Shown here piece after piece: positions 10,916-22,387 of a DNA stretch of 64,000 nucleotides; positions within the stretch are counted from its first letter, which is position 1; each line of letters starts with the position of its first letter. Both the position numbers and the translations under genes were made by a program. The notes below the pieces were generated by a model, which worked only from the letters and a program-made list of their open reading frames with translations, made no database searches and was not told the origin of the DNA. Source of the DNA: Camelus dromedarius (lineage: Eukaryota); assembly GCF_036321535.1 (NCBI RefSeq), contig NC_087436.1, positions 113,524,001 to 113,588,000 of the forward strand, given 5' to 3'.

Positions 10916-11160
10916 CTCACTACTCAAAGCAGTGGTCCCTGGGCCTACAACATTAACATCTCAAGAGCAGGGTCTGAGGGGAAGGAAGGGGGTTTAGCTC
11001 AGTGGTAGAGTGAATGCTTAGCATGTAAGAGGACCTCCAATTAAAAAAATAAAACCCCCCCAAAATAGGGTGTCAGGCCGCCCAGACCCACCGAATCAGA
11101 ACCTGCAGTTATATAAGATTCCCCGGGGGTGGTATGCATGTTCTGTTTGAAAAGCTCTAG
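10916..11160. mobile_element. MER5A1-like hAT MITE interrupted by a SINE
   Basis: ctactcaaagcagtggtccctggg... before the SINE and caggccgcccagacccaccgaatcagaacctgca...aagattccccggg...gtttgaaaagctct after it. Confidence 0.75.
10976..11061 (+). mobile_element. tRNA-Ala(AGC)-derived camelid SINE (Vic-1-like) with T-arm/B-box deleted
   Basis: gggggtttagctcagtggtagagtgaatgcttagcatgtaagagg|acctcca followed by an A-rich tail and C-run; degenerate TSD aagagcagggtct / aaaatagggtgt. Confidence 0.85.
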
Positions 11161-11169
11161 TCCGCACAG

Positions 11170-11806
11170 TCCTGGGCCTTCATCCTGACTGCACATGTAC
11201 ATCACATATAAATTGCCTGGGGGTATGGGCTGACTTGGGTGTTCAACAAGAAGTTGAAGTCCCAACCCCTCCAGTGCCTATGACTGAGACCTTCTTTGGA
11301 AATAGAGTCTTTGCAGATGTCAATATACTGGGGGGGCCCGAAGCCATGATGACTTATAAAAAGGGGAGATTTGGACACAGAGACAGACAAGCACACAGGG
11401 AGACTGCCATGCAAAGATGAAGGCAGAGACTGGGGTGACGGGTCTGTAAGCGAAGGAATGCCAAAGATTGGAGGCATTAAATTGCCGGAAGCTGGGAGAG
11501 AGACGTGGAGAAGATTCTCCCTCACACCCTCAGAGGAAACCAAAACCACCAGTACCTTGCTCTTGGACTCCTGGTCTCTAGAGCTGTGAGACAATACATT
11601 TCTGTTGTTTAAGGCCCCCTGGTTCAGGGTACTTTGTTGTGACAGCCCTAGCACACGAATACACCTGGATCCTTCTAGGGAAAATCCAGGTCTTTGAGCT
11701 CTGACATGTTTGCAATCAGAGTACCCCGGGGTGGGGCCAATGAACCTGCATTTGGAAAATGTCCTTTGGGCTTTTCTGATGTAGTTGGTGGTTTGGGGAC
11801 CAGTGG
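11170..11806. mobile_element. MER5-family hAT element split by the MLT1 LTR (11170-11220 + 11664-11806)
   Basis: ctgactgcacat...cctgg | aatcagagtaccccggggtggggccaatgaacctgcattt...ttctgatgtag...gtttggggaccagtg. Confidence 0.65.
11221..11663 (+). mobile_element. Solo MaLR LTR (MLT1C-like)
   Basis: gaccttctttggaaatagagtctttgcagatgt...gagctgtgagacaatacatttctgttgtttaag...gaataca; perfect 5-bp TSD CCTGG at 11216-11220 and 11664-11668. Confidence 0.92.
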
Positions 11807-11859
11807 TCCTAGCCAAGTATCATCTAGTGGTCACTTCACCCACATAGTGTCCTCCCTAA

Positions 11860-11995
11860 GACCTGATGCTTGTATGTACTAGTCTGCTTGCGAACTTCCA
11901 GTGATGGGGAACTCATTACCTGGTGGGGCAGCCCTAGCCATCATGGAAAGTTCTAATTGTTCAGAGAACTCTTTAAACAGAGCTAGAATCTCCAA
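11860..11995 (-). mobile_element. L3/CR1 LINE fragment
   Basis: ccagtgatggggaactcattacctggtggggcagccc...ttctaattgttcagagaactcttt resembles the L3 consensus. Confidence 0.6.
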
Positions 11996-11999
11996 TGAT

Positions 12000-12125
12000 T
12001 TTCTATATAAAGAAACTGAGACCCTGAGAGGTTGAGTGAGTTGCTCAAGTCCATACAGTCAGTATGGGGCCAACAATGGGTTTGGATCTACACAGTAGCT
12101 TGAATCCATCCTCCTGACCACTTAG
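12000..12125 (-). mobile_element. MIR SINE
   Basis: aagaaactgagaccctgagaggttgagtgagttgctcaagtccatacag. Confidence 0.7.
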
Positions 12126-12989
12126 ACTACCCAGATGTCCCCTAGTTCACAAAGGGCCATCACAGCTGTGCTCAAATCATGACTCCCTCCAACCTTGGGA
12201 GACGGAGAGCCCATGTCCTCCCTGATTCTCACACCTGGTGGTGGAGGGGGTGGGGTGTGAGGTCGGGAGAGGGACTCGCGTGCTCCCAAAGGTGCCTGGG
12301 CAACGGGATATGCCACACGTGCATCCAGAACATGGGTGACATGGGTGGAGAAGCCAGGGTGTGGATTTGGTTCTTGTGTGAGAGTCTGCTCCTCATCCCT
12401 GAGTATGTCTCTCATACTCTTTTAGCCCTCAGTGTTCACACCTGTGAAATGGGGCTAACAGACTCTGTCTTTTCTATCTTGTAGCAGCCTTGGGGGGCGC
12501 TCCAATGACATCAGGAACATGCCCTGTGAAGCACAACTATGATGATTATTATAACTTGGCATGAGAAGAGAACTTAGGTGTTTCTATGAAAAAACTCACC
12601 TGGGCAACTCAGGGAATTACTCTTCCTAACCAACCATTTGATTTCTGCTCAGTTTCTACTAAACCCTTTCCAGGCCTGAGTGGAAGGAAGTATAGGAAAG
12701 ATGTCAGGGGGAAGGTCTTGCTGAGTCTGTAAATTTAGTCATATCTGTCCCCCTCCCTGGACATACCCTGTATTGGGCCCAATCTTCAAAATCAAGGACA
12801 GTCTACCCTTCTCTTTCCAACAGGTTGCACCTGAGCTGGATTCTCCTAGGACAAGGCTGGCTATCCCTCTTTCCCTAAAAATCTGGATACTCCCCACCCA
12901 CTGGACTTTTGAACCCTCACTCATCAGGGTTCAAAAGTCTTGACACTGTTATTATCCCCATCCCTAAATTTTCTCGTATACTTCTTTAT

Positions 12990-13105
12990 CAGTTCATTCT
13001 ACAAATATTTCCTTAGTGCTTACTCTGGCCCAGACACTGCTGGGCACAGAAAATATGAAGTGAATTAGATGAGTTCCTATGCTCCAGGAACTTACAAGCA
13101 ATCCA
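12990..13105 (-). mobile_element. L2 3' end
   Basis: ttcattctacaaatatttccttagtgcttactctggcccagacactgctgggcac. Confidence 0.7.
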
Positions 13106-13224
13106 GCCTCAGAACTGGGCATAGTTCCACATTGGTTCCCGAGGCTGTGTCTGCTTACATTCCTCTCCACGAACCTTCCTCCTCTTCTCCCACCTCCTTG
13201 CTGTGTGGTGGACAAGGAAGAGAT

Positions 13225-13540
13225 GATGGCTGAGGCAGAAGATACATGCTCTGCCCTCATTCCTTGCTGTGTGACCTTGGGCAAATCACAGCCTCTCTGG
13301 GCCTCTTTACTTGTCTATAAAATGAGGTCAGCAATAGAGATATGTGATAAGATTCAGTGAGTATTGACTATGAACCAGACACTATTCTAAGTGCTTTATG
13401 TCTTCATTTTTACAGACGAGGCAGTCGAGGCACAGAGAAGTTCATTAACTTACCAGGTCACAAGACTAATTGTTTACAGAACCAAGAGTCAAGACCAGGC
13501 TCACTGCCTCCAGAGCCCAGGTCCTTAGCCACTATGGCAT
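13225..13540. mobile_element. Two MIR SINEs tail-to-tail (plus ~13225-13355, minus ~13357-13540)
   Basis: gctgtgtgaccttgggcaaatcacagcctctctgggcctc...ctataaaatgagg, then ccagacactattctaagtgcttta...tacagacgaggcagtcgaggcacagagaag. Confidence 0.8.
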
Positions 13541-13774
13541 CATCCAGCCTAAGCTATCCATTATCACAGTGTACCTTAGGGGCGTGTGAACAGACCACCT
13601 TCTGTATAACGTTGCTGAAATGGATGCAGGGTACAGACAGTGATGATGAGGGGGAGGAACAAATTCCTGAGTGAGATTTCTGAGAGTCTTAGCTTATCAG
13701 TTGATAGATGGACGGATGAATGGAGGGATAGAGCGGGGCAAGGAGAGAGAGAGAATTATATATACAGATGGCGT

Positions 13775-13925
13775 AATCCTGCACAGCACAGAGGTATTAC
13801 TATCCCAATTTTAAAGGTGAGGGAATGGAGGCTCAGAGAGGTGATGTGCGTTGTCCAAGGTCAGTCAGTGGCAGAGCTTGGCTTTGACCCAAGAACTGTG
13901 TGATTCTGAAGCCAGTGCTTGTCTC
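13775..13925 (-). mobile_element. MIR SINE
   Basis: tattactatcccaattttaaaggtgagggaatggaggctcagagaggtgatgtgcgttgtccaaggtca. Confidence 0.8.
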
Positions 13926-15079
13926 ATATCTCTCTCAGCTGCTGGGCAGACAGGAATCAGCAGTTCTTGAGTACAACTGGACTTCAGTCTTCTCTCTTGT
14001 TCCCTCCTTCATTATCAACAATCCATGGAGCAATTTCTGTACATTATTTATCATGGAGAATTCACTGAAAATAATCCACCACCCCTGCTTTTAAGGAGAT
14101 ACTATATATAATTTGGGGAGATACTGTATATTATCAACAAATAATATATAATATATAAATTATTATATAACTATGTCTTCTGTAAGAAACAAGACTTCCC
14201 TAAGGAATCCCTGTTTCATATGAGGAGGAATCTGCTGGCCAAAGGAGAGGCTCCTCTCCTCTCCCTCCTTGTCCCTCTCTCCTTTGTTAGGCTCTGGATT
14301 TAAATCCTGCTTCCAGTACCAACTGGACGTGATTTGTACAGTCTGAAGGTTACTTTAGCAAAGCCAAATGAACTGTCTCTTTCTACCTTCAAGGTCTCAC
14401 AGTAACAGGTAAATTAAAAACAGCGTTATTCCAATCTCTTTCCTGCTTGAACAGATCAGCTTTTTATTCTTATGTCCTGGGCTAGTTCTAAGCTATCACA
14501 TATTCCAAATCAGAATAAGGATGATGTGTGTGAAGTTCACATTAATGAAAAAAATGCAAATAAAGCAGTATGGTGCAAGAATGATCAAAATAAAAGGCAT
14601 GCATTTTTTCCCCCCTGGGGAGACATGTGCAGATTTAACCAAACTCAAGTAAAAGTGTCCAGAGAAAACCTAGGGCTCAAGATAGTTAGGCTTCCTTCGA
14701 GGTTAAGAGAAAAATGGTATCTATTCAGCCCCTAAGTTGTGCCAGGCAGTGAGACCCTTTCACTGTGTTACCTCATTTAATCCTCCCGGGAACCTGAAAA
14801 TGAATATACTATTAAAAATGGGAATGAGAATGATTTGAGGTGATGTGAGTAAGACGCTATGTTTATTGCCTGGCACATAGTCATTGTTCAGTAGTGGCGG
14901 TCATTAGTGCTGTTGCTTAAACCCATTCGATAGGAAAGGAAGCTAAGGCTCAGAGAGATTTTAGCCTGGGAAGTTGTGTAGCCAAGGGGAACAGAGCAGG
15001 AGTTCAGCGAAGACCAGTCTGGGCCCAGAAATCACACTTCCTGCGGTGACATGGAGTTACCACGTTGCATTTTGGGGAA

Positions 15080-15480
15080 GAAAGACAAAGCCTGACTTTT
15101 CATTTATTAATTAAAAAAAAAATTACCTGAAGTTCTGATTCCTCTGGGCCAGCCCTATTCCTGGCATGTTTTTCTCTTTTCTCTAATTATTTAGTCTATA
15201 AATAAGGGGTCGCTGTACAGTTCCTTCTGTAACCCCGGCTCAGCTCACAATCTTAAAGGAAACGTGGGAGAAACCAGAGGCCATCGCCATCGGCTGCAGG
15301 TCCTTCTAGAGCCCCGTGCCAGCAAGTCCTTCTCTGCGCTGTGACTCACACCCCATCACCTGCCCCTCCCCCCAGGCCAAACTGGGGCGTGACTCATTCT
15401 GGCTTCTGACAGTCTCAAAAGAACCATAAATTTAAGCCCAATCCTTGTTGGTCAAGGAGCACCCTTGTTCCTTAAGCCAC
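15080..15480. promoter_or_regulatory. Candidate AP-1/MEF2 enhancer
   Basis: CTATAAATAA 15196-15205; TGACTCA at 15342 and 15390; repeat-free with elevated CpG. Confidence 0.4.
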
Positions 15481-16029
15481 ACCGTTGTGGTTGGCACACG
15501 CCCTCTGCTCCAGCCAAAGGGAACTCCATGCCTCCGTGGGGTTTTTCCTTTCAGCTAATTGCTCCATTCTAGGTCCCACTCCAGGAAGACTGTCGGTGAT
15601 GGGGGTACTCCTGCATCAGAGCTCAGGTCACGGACGTTCCAGGGCTGAGACCTCAGGTGGATTCTGGGGTTTTGTGAAAGAATTAGAAACTGGGGAAGCC
15701 AAGTCCTCTCTCAACTGAAGCATATTAGGGACCCCAGCAAAAGCAAGGACCCCTTAGTGCTGTGTCATCACAGGCTGCTGGGCCTGTGGCTTCATGGGCA
15801 GGTTATAATTAGCGGACAGCTCATCCGGAGGAAAGCAGAGAAGGAGCCTCGGAACTGGTCCTCCTGCCTCCGGTCTGGCTTCCCTCCAGCCTGCCCCATC
15901 ACCACGTCACTCTCACGCTTAAGATCTTTAATTAGATTTCCTTTTAACCTCTGCTTGACAGCAGGAAGAATGTTTATATAATTTATATGGAAAGGAAAAA
16001 AAAACCACACCACTTCTCTCCCACTCTGC

Positions 16030-16295
16030 CTCCCTACTTCACCTGACCAGCTTCTTCTGGTCTCTAAGGCTTAGCTCTGCTGTCGACTCTTCCGATTGGC
16101 CAGGCTAAGCCAGGTGCCTACTCTGTGCCTTTGTTCCTCATCTTGGACTTCTTTCTAGCTCAACCCTTACCTGCACCTCTCCATGCTCTGGTTTTCTATT
16201 TGATCATCTGTCTTCTCAGTCATGCAATGAGTTCCTCAGTGGACAAGACCTTGTTAGCACAAGTTACATAGTAGGTGTTAAAACTAATGGGTGAC
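16030..16295 (+). mobile_element. L2 3' fragment
   Basis: Pyrimidine-rich L2 body ending ...gagttcctcagtggacaagacc...ttagcacaagttacatagtaggtg. Confidence 0.55.
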
Positions 16296-16462
16296 TTAGC
16301 AGAGAAACTTACCTGTGTCTCTTTTTTTATGTTACTGTAGATACACTGACATTAAAGGAAAGGTACTTAGATCTAAATTTTCTTGACTCCTAATGAAGGC
16401 AATTAATAGCCTTTTTGGGTTTCAGGGCTGAAAAAAATAAGTGAGCAGGCCACTCCCTAACT

Positions 16463-16464
<2 letters not shown>

Positions 16465-16495
<31 letters not shown>
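16465..16495 (+). repeat. (TG)15 microsatellite
   Basis: Direct read. Confidence 0.97.
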
Positions 16496-16497
<2 letters not shown>

Positions 16498-17099
16498 TTT
16501 TTTTACTTGAAGGTACAGACCCACTGAAGTATAGTCTAAGTGAAGACAGGCCCTCTTTAAAGATTTGCAGAGGCTGGAGGCCCCATCAGTGAGATGGTTG
16601 GGTCGTGTTGGACTGCGTCAAGGGCATGATTGTGGGAACGCTCAGTGAACTACTCCAGCTGAAAGGCAGTGGTGGCCATCCTGGTGGCCTGGGCCTGAGT
16701 GTTTTAAGTGCAGTAGCCTCAGGAGCCCTGGCAAAGTTTCCCGTGGCCAAGCTGGTCCAGAGGGAGGGGGGCTTCTAGCACAACCATCGCTTTATGGTGG
16801 TCCCTGACGACTGAGCAAGGCCTTACATTCAGTAACAGCAACACTAGGGACTGGAAATGAAAACTAAGGCCGTTCTCTTCTTACCACGCCAGTCTCTCTC
16901 CACCATTTTCCTGGATCTGGTAAGGTCTAGGATTCTTATATGATCCAAGTGAGAGAAAGGGATTGGATGACTAAGATTGGATTTCTTTGATAATTCAAGG
17001 CTTTCTGGGAATACTTTTAAGTAATGAAGATGCCTTGTGAACAAAGAAAATAGACCACTAGCCTTGCAAATGAATCAGCTGGAATGAGAAAGATTTCAG

Positions 17100-17625
17100 T
17101 ACAAACTTCAATAATCATATGTGGAGCCCTGGCTACAGGCTTGGGGCTGGGAATATCACAGTAGATAAGCCATGGACCCTCCTCATGGTGTTCCCTTGAA
17201 ATCTATGAGGCAGACCAGATTGCCACATAATCAGGAATTTCAGTGTGATTTGTTATATGTGGAGATAGAGGGAAACTAAAAAGGGAGGGGAACTTAGCTT
17301 GAACTGTGGTGGCAGGAAAGGTTTTCTAGGGTATATTGTACTTGAAGTGATCCTTGGAGGTAAATGAACTAAATTTGTGATAAAAAATAGGAAAGGTATT
17401 CCAAACACCAGGGAGACAGAGACAGAAAGTTGTATGAACAATCCTAGATGTGGGGGATTTATATGTTGGTATTACTGGAGGTGAAATGTGTGACCTTAGT
17501 GGTGGAAGATGAGATTGGAATGTTCAGCAGGTCCAAAGCCAGGGAACCTTGGACTAGATCCCAAGGCTAATGGGCAGAAATCGGAGGATTTTGAGCAGGC
17601 TAAATTTCAGCTTTAGAAACATGGG
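17100..17625 (-). mobile_element. L2 fragment
   Basis: Purine-rich antisense L2 text (ggcaggaaaggttttctagg...ggaaaggtattccaaacaccaggg...ggaggattttgagcagg). Confidence 0.6.
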
Positions 17626-17734
17626 TTAATTAATGCAATGCCAAGTCTTATCATAAATAAATCCTGAAACCTCAGTGGTTTTATGCAGTGTTCCATTGTA
17701 AGAACAGTGGTAATATGATGATGATGATGATGGT

Positions 17735-17890
17735 GACAGAAGGTAACGCACAGTGCCTAGTATGTGCCAAGATGACTCTAAGTGCTTTACAAATATTTCT
17801 AGTAATCCTCATAACAACTCTCTGAAATAGAATCATTATCTATTCCTATTTGACAAACAAGAAAATTAAGGCAGACGAGGCCTCAGATTT
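17735..17890 (-). mobile_element. MIR SINE
   Basis: agtgcctagtatgtgccaagatgactctaagtgctttacaaatatt...taatcctcataacaactct. Confidence 0.8.
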
Positions 17891-18309
17891 AAGATGTAAC
17901 TAATCCTGGATGGGCCACCCTACAACTAGTTCTGAACACATCCCTGGGGATGAACAACTCTAGAGGATGGGGGATTTGTTGGGTAGGAAAACAGTCACTG
18001 CCCACTGGGAAGGGGTCTGCAAACAGAAAATGGCCTGGAGTGTTGAAGTGTGTGGAAACTGGTGGGAAAGAGATTGTACACAAGAATCACTCCTCAATAT
18101 TTCTGTCAAGGATGGCACAGACACCAAACGATGCATGCATCAATTCAGCCTTTATTGAACAGAACCTTGTGGCGGGCTGTGGGATAGGTTCGAGGATACA
18201 CCCTTCCCCCTGGCTTCCAGAAGCTTCTGGTTGATTCCAGGAAGGGCAGAGTGATAGGCCGGCAGAAATCTGTAAAAGCTTTCCTTTATTTTCATCCATC
18301 CTATAACAT

Positions 18310-18612
18310 GCATAGGTAGTTTTTGGCCTGTCCAACATTCACTTTCTTTCTTTTGAGTTTCCTTTTAGGAATTACCCCTCAACCACGTTGTGTAACACTC
18401 ACAGGGTTGGCCTGAGATCCAGACTAGAGGGGTCAGGTGTTGTGCCTCTAGAGTTTGGCTTTTGAATGGAGTGACATAGTAATGAGACATGGCTGTGGCT
18501 GCTTCATTGACACCAGCATCCTGAAGAGGCTTCCCCTTGGTTCCAGGAGCCTTGGGACCTGGACTATACAGTTTCCTTTCTTCATAGTCATGTGTTTTCT
18601 CACATCATATAA

Positions 18613-18658
<46 letters not shown>

Positions 18659-18742
18659 TGTATATGTGTATATACTTTTGGGGGGGCTTATATTGGCCAA
18701 CCATTTTTTGTTGCTTGCAACCAAAGACATTTAACTACTACA
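18310..18742 (+). mobile_element. Ancient ERVL/MaLR-type solo LTR (subfamily uncertain) containing (ATCT)11
   Basis: The 3' end tttgttgcttgcaaccaaagacatttaactactaca is a typical old ERVL LTR terminus; the 5' part is degenerate. Confidence 0.6.
18613..18658 (+). repeat. (ATCT)11 tetranucleotide microsatellite
   Basis: Direct read. Confidence 0.97.
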
Positions 18743-19689
18743 TATCCTTTTCTGGTATCTTTCTGCCTTGTTTTTTCTACCTGTAAAATGGGAACAGTAA
18801 AACTGGCTACTTACCCTCAGGAGGTTGTGTAAATTAAAGGTGTATGTCAATAAAATGCTTTCAGATGCTGGGATGAAAGTTACTCTGGAACTACAAAGTA
18901 TCCTTCTCAATTTTAGCCGAACTTTCAAAGAGGGACACCATAAAGCAGCTTTTATCCTGACAGGATGTATTTCTCATTTTATTGTCTCTGTAAACAGTTC
19001 AGGGGTTGCTCCATACTTGCTGTGTTTCCAGAGCTAACATTCAAGATGAAAGCTCAGCTTTATTTAGCGTGAGAAGTCTCTGAATGACATAGGCAGGAGA
19101 CGTGGGCATTACTGCTGTTATGTGTTATTTAGTGACAAGGAAGTTGGCTCAAGTTCTCAGGTGGTTACTTTTCTAGCTTTTTAGGGTTAATACTCACATT
19201 CCTGCCTCAAATCAGAATGAATTGTAAAAACCCACCAATTTTAGAGCAGAAAGAGTCGCATCATATTAGAGCATTTGGCAATTATGAAAGCATGTACCAT
19301 AATAAAAAGTACAACACCTGCAGGCTCTAGAATATTTTATGATTTCCAGGACACACACACTTTTCCTTAGACCAGCGTAGATCCCAGAGTGGCCGGCAGG
19401 TGCCAACTACACATCAGACTCCAAAATTATTATTTTAAGTGAACCATTTTTATGATAGGCAAACATTACGACAGTAATGCATACACATCAGGGGAAGTGT
19501 GGAAATGCAGACGGAGTAGAAAGGTAAAGAAAAATACATCAATATTTCAATAGGCTTGCTGTCCTAAAACATTCATTACATTTTCATTTATACCAACTTC
19601 CTTTTGGTCCCTAATTATTTTATAATTATTTCCTATTAATTGATGCAATTTTATATCCTGTGTTTTTTCCTTTTATATTATATTATAGC

Positions 19690-20150
19690 TCTAGCAGTTG
19701 TCTATTGCCACCCCCAAAACTCAGCGGATTAAAATAAGAACCATTTATGATTGCTAATAAGCCCAGGGGTTGGCTGGAAGATTCTTCAGTCTGGTCTCAA
19801 CTGAGCTTACTCTTGAGTCTGCCACCAGTTGATCTTGGCAGGGTAATCTCATCTGTTTGGGATTCACAGCTCTCCTGCACTTGGTCTCTCATCCTCCTGG
19901 AAGCCAGCCTGGACTTGTATGTGTGATGGTGGCAACATTCCGAGAGAGAGAGCAGAAGCACAAGAGGCTTGGGTGCAGAAATGGAGCATGATTATCGCCA
20001 CTGTGGCTATTGCCTGTGCAAGTCACCAGGCCAGCCTGGATTCCAGGGCTGGGCAGGTCGCTTCCACGGCTCATGGGAAAAGGTTAGCATTGCAACGGTC
20101 AGAGACAGAAAGAGGGGTGAAGAAATGTATTTTGAGTTTGCAGTCACTCT
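19690..20150 (-). mobile_element. Old MaLR LTR (MLT1G/H-like)
   Basis: caccccc aaaactcagcggattaaaataagaaccatttat...ggtctctcatcctcctggaagccagcctggacttg...caagtcaccaggccagcctggattcca. Confidence 0.75.
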
Positions 20151-20251
20151 CCCATAATAACGTAAGCACACTTCTGTATCTCATAGACATTTTTAATGGC
20201 TTTGTAGTATTACATTGAGGAACACTATCATAGACAATTTAACTATAAACA

Positions 20252-20380
20252 ATTAACTATAGTTGATCGACAATATTATGTTAGATTCAGGTGTACAGCA
20301 TGATTTGGTATTTTTGCAGGTTACTGTAAGATAATGGCTATAATTCCTTGTGCTCTACAGTATATCCTCGTTGCTTATCT
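20252..20380 (-). mobile_element. Short L1 3'UTR fragment
   Basis: tatagttgatcgacaatattatgttagattcaggtgtacagc...gctataattccttgtgctctacagtatatcctcgttgctta. Confidence 0.75.
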
Positions 20381-20679
20381 AAGAAAACCTTTCTACTTGG
20401 GGTCATTTAAAAAATCTATACAATTACAGAAGTTAATGTATTGTTTAAAAGTTTATAAAATTTATTATTGCTTTTTCTTCATTCTTCCAAAGCACTTTGC
20501 AAGAGGCTCGCACCAATTTAAATCCACATCAGTGGTACAGGAGTGTTCATTTCACTGCCCTGCTACCCATATTGAATACTCAAAAAAAAGATCTCTGCTG
20601 AAAGAAATAAGGAACCTCCCCACCCCCAGCATTTCCTTGATGTAATTGGCACTGATTTAATTGCTAATAAAGAGAAGGA

Positions 20680-20929
20680 GTGTTCTGGACAGAAAAAGAG
20701 GTTTATATAGTCAGACAAGATCAGGGAATGCTGTATGTCATGTTTCCATCTTAGTTAATTACCATGGACATGCTCTGAAGATTCCTGCAGTAAAGTAATG
20801 TGTCCAACTTTATTGTTGAGTCAGTGTTTCCCTAATTAATTCCATCACAGAACACTCATTTTTTTGTACAGCATCAATTAACACCTTGGAACAACTATTT
20901 TGAGCCAGGCATACTTGAGGAAATGCTGT
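20680..20929 (+). mobile_element. MER103C-like hAT-Charlie element
   Basis: gctctgaagattcctgcagtaaag...cagtgtttccctaattaattccatcacagaac...atacttgaggaaatgctg. Confidence 0.65.
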
Positions 20930-22254
20930 CTTAATAAAACCTGGTTATGTTTCCTCATGATGGGAGTTTCAAACACCCTGGAAAGGCAGGAGCTGTACCA
21001 GACACACCTGGGGCTTCTGGTCATTCCTAAAGGATACTGAACCTTACCAAAAGAAGTTAAAGTTCTCAGTGAAAATGTTCAGGTGTCTTTCTTCCCAACC
21101 GTTCTCTTTGCAGTGGTCTCCCCAAGAGCTTTCAGGTTTTGTTTGAAGGGATGCGTTCTTCCCCAGAAACAGCATGCTGGGCTTTATCTCCTCTTCGCAT
21201 TTTCACACTAAATCATACCTGACTAGTGGCCCAGAGCTTCAGGGGCTGGCCCCTTCCTAGGACTTTGCTGCTCTAGGTCAGGGCTGCAGACCAGGAGCAG
21301 CCACACCATCAGGGAACCTGGCAACAGCCCCACCCAGACCTCCTGAAGCAGAGTCAGCATGCGTTTTAACCAGGTGTCTTGGTGATTTGGTATGTGCCCA
21401 TTAAAAGGGTAGAAGACCAATCCAGGGACACCAAGCTAATCTGAAGGACCTGCCCCTTCCTCTTGACCATGCTTTGTGACTCAGCTGCCACCACCACTGC
21501 ACATGGCAGGGTTAGTGGGCACATATTGTTTTCACCCCTTTTAAATTCTGGCCGGTGTGTGGCCACAAGTCCATTCTCCTAATTCTTTTAAGCATATTTG
21601 AACTTACTAGAATTAAAACAAACAAAACATACCAAATACAGAGGCAAAAACAAATACAAAAAGAAGTGAAAAAAAGGATTAAACCAAGTCTGGGGAGGCA
21701 GGATGCAGTTTCCTGCTCCTGCCACAGCCTTTGTCTTTCTCTTTGGTTCCAGATACACAAGCCTTGATTTGCTCCTAATCCTACCTTGGGAGCCTTGCCC
21801 TCTAAGTCCCAAACAGCCGGTGCGGCAGCCCAGTCCTGTCTCTCTAGTCCTGTTGCTTCCTGGAGGGAACCTCTTCACAGTTGACTGGCAACCCACCCCC
21901 CACCACTTTCCCCAGGATAAAGAGATAGGCTTGAGACATCTTGATTATTCTGTGGTCCAGAACCAGAGGTCTGGGTCTCCCAGGGTGGGAGACTATCCTG
22001 GGCTCTGTCTACTTTCTGATTTCTTGTCTCTTTCCCAGAGTATTTGTATCAGGTACTCCCTCCCACCCCTCACCCCCACCCACTGTTGCCCTTTTAAGAA
22101 AGTCTCCCTTACCCAGCTTCCAGGGAAGTGACTTTATTGTGGCCAACCCCTCAGTCTAATCATAGCAAGCTACTCAGAATTATAAAGCACTAACTAATGG
22201 TTTTTTATGGAATTCTCTTACTAAGTCACTGTCTAGAAGTAGTTAAAAAAAAAC

Positions 22255-22380
22255 ACATGGGTCTAAAGGAAACTTCCTTATTCTGCCACTTACTAGCTGT
22301 GTGACCTTGGACAAGAAACAGAACCTTTCTGTGCCATGATTTACTCATCTGTAAACGGAGGATAAGAGTACTTCCTGTTT
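22255..22380 (+). mobile_element. MIR SINE
   Basis: ttctgccacttactagctgtgtgaccttggacaag...ctcatctgtaaacggaggataa. Confidence 0.85.
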
Positions 22381-22387
22381 CTTAGAA

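Noticed and set aside
10988..11039. tRNA-Ala(AGC) gene
   Set aside because: Lacks the T-arm/B box, has a SINE tail and TSD, and sits inside a MER5; not a tRNA gene.
11202..11816. Longest ORF in the track (204 aa, minus)
   Set aside because: Lies across an MLT1 LTR and MER5 fragments; chance open frame in repeat sequence.
14095..14131. 22-bp-period direct repeat ggagatact(a/g)tatat
   Set aside because: Only two units in AT-rich DNA; a simple local duplication.
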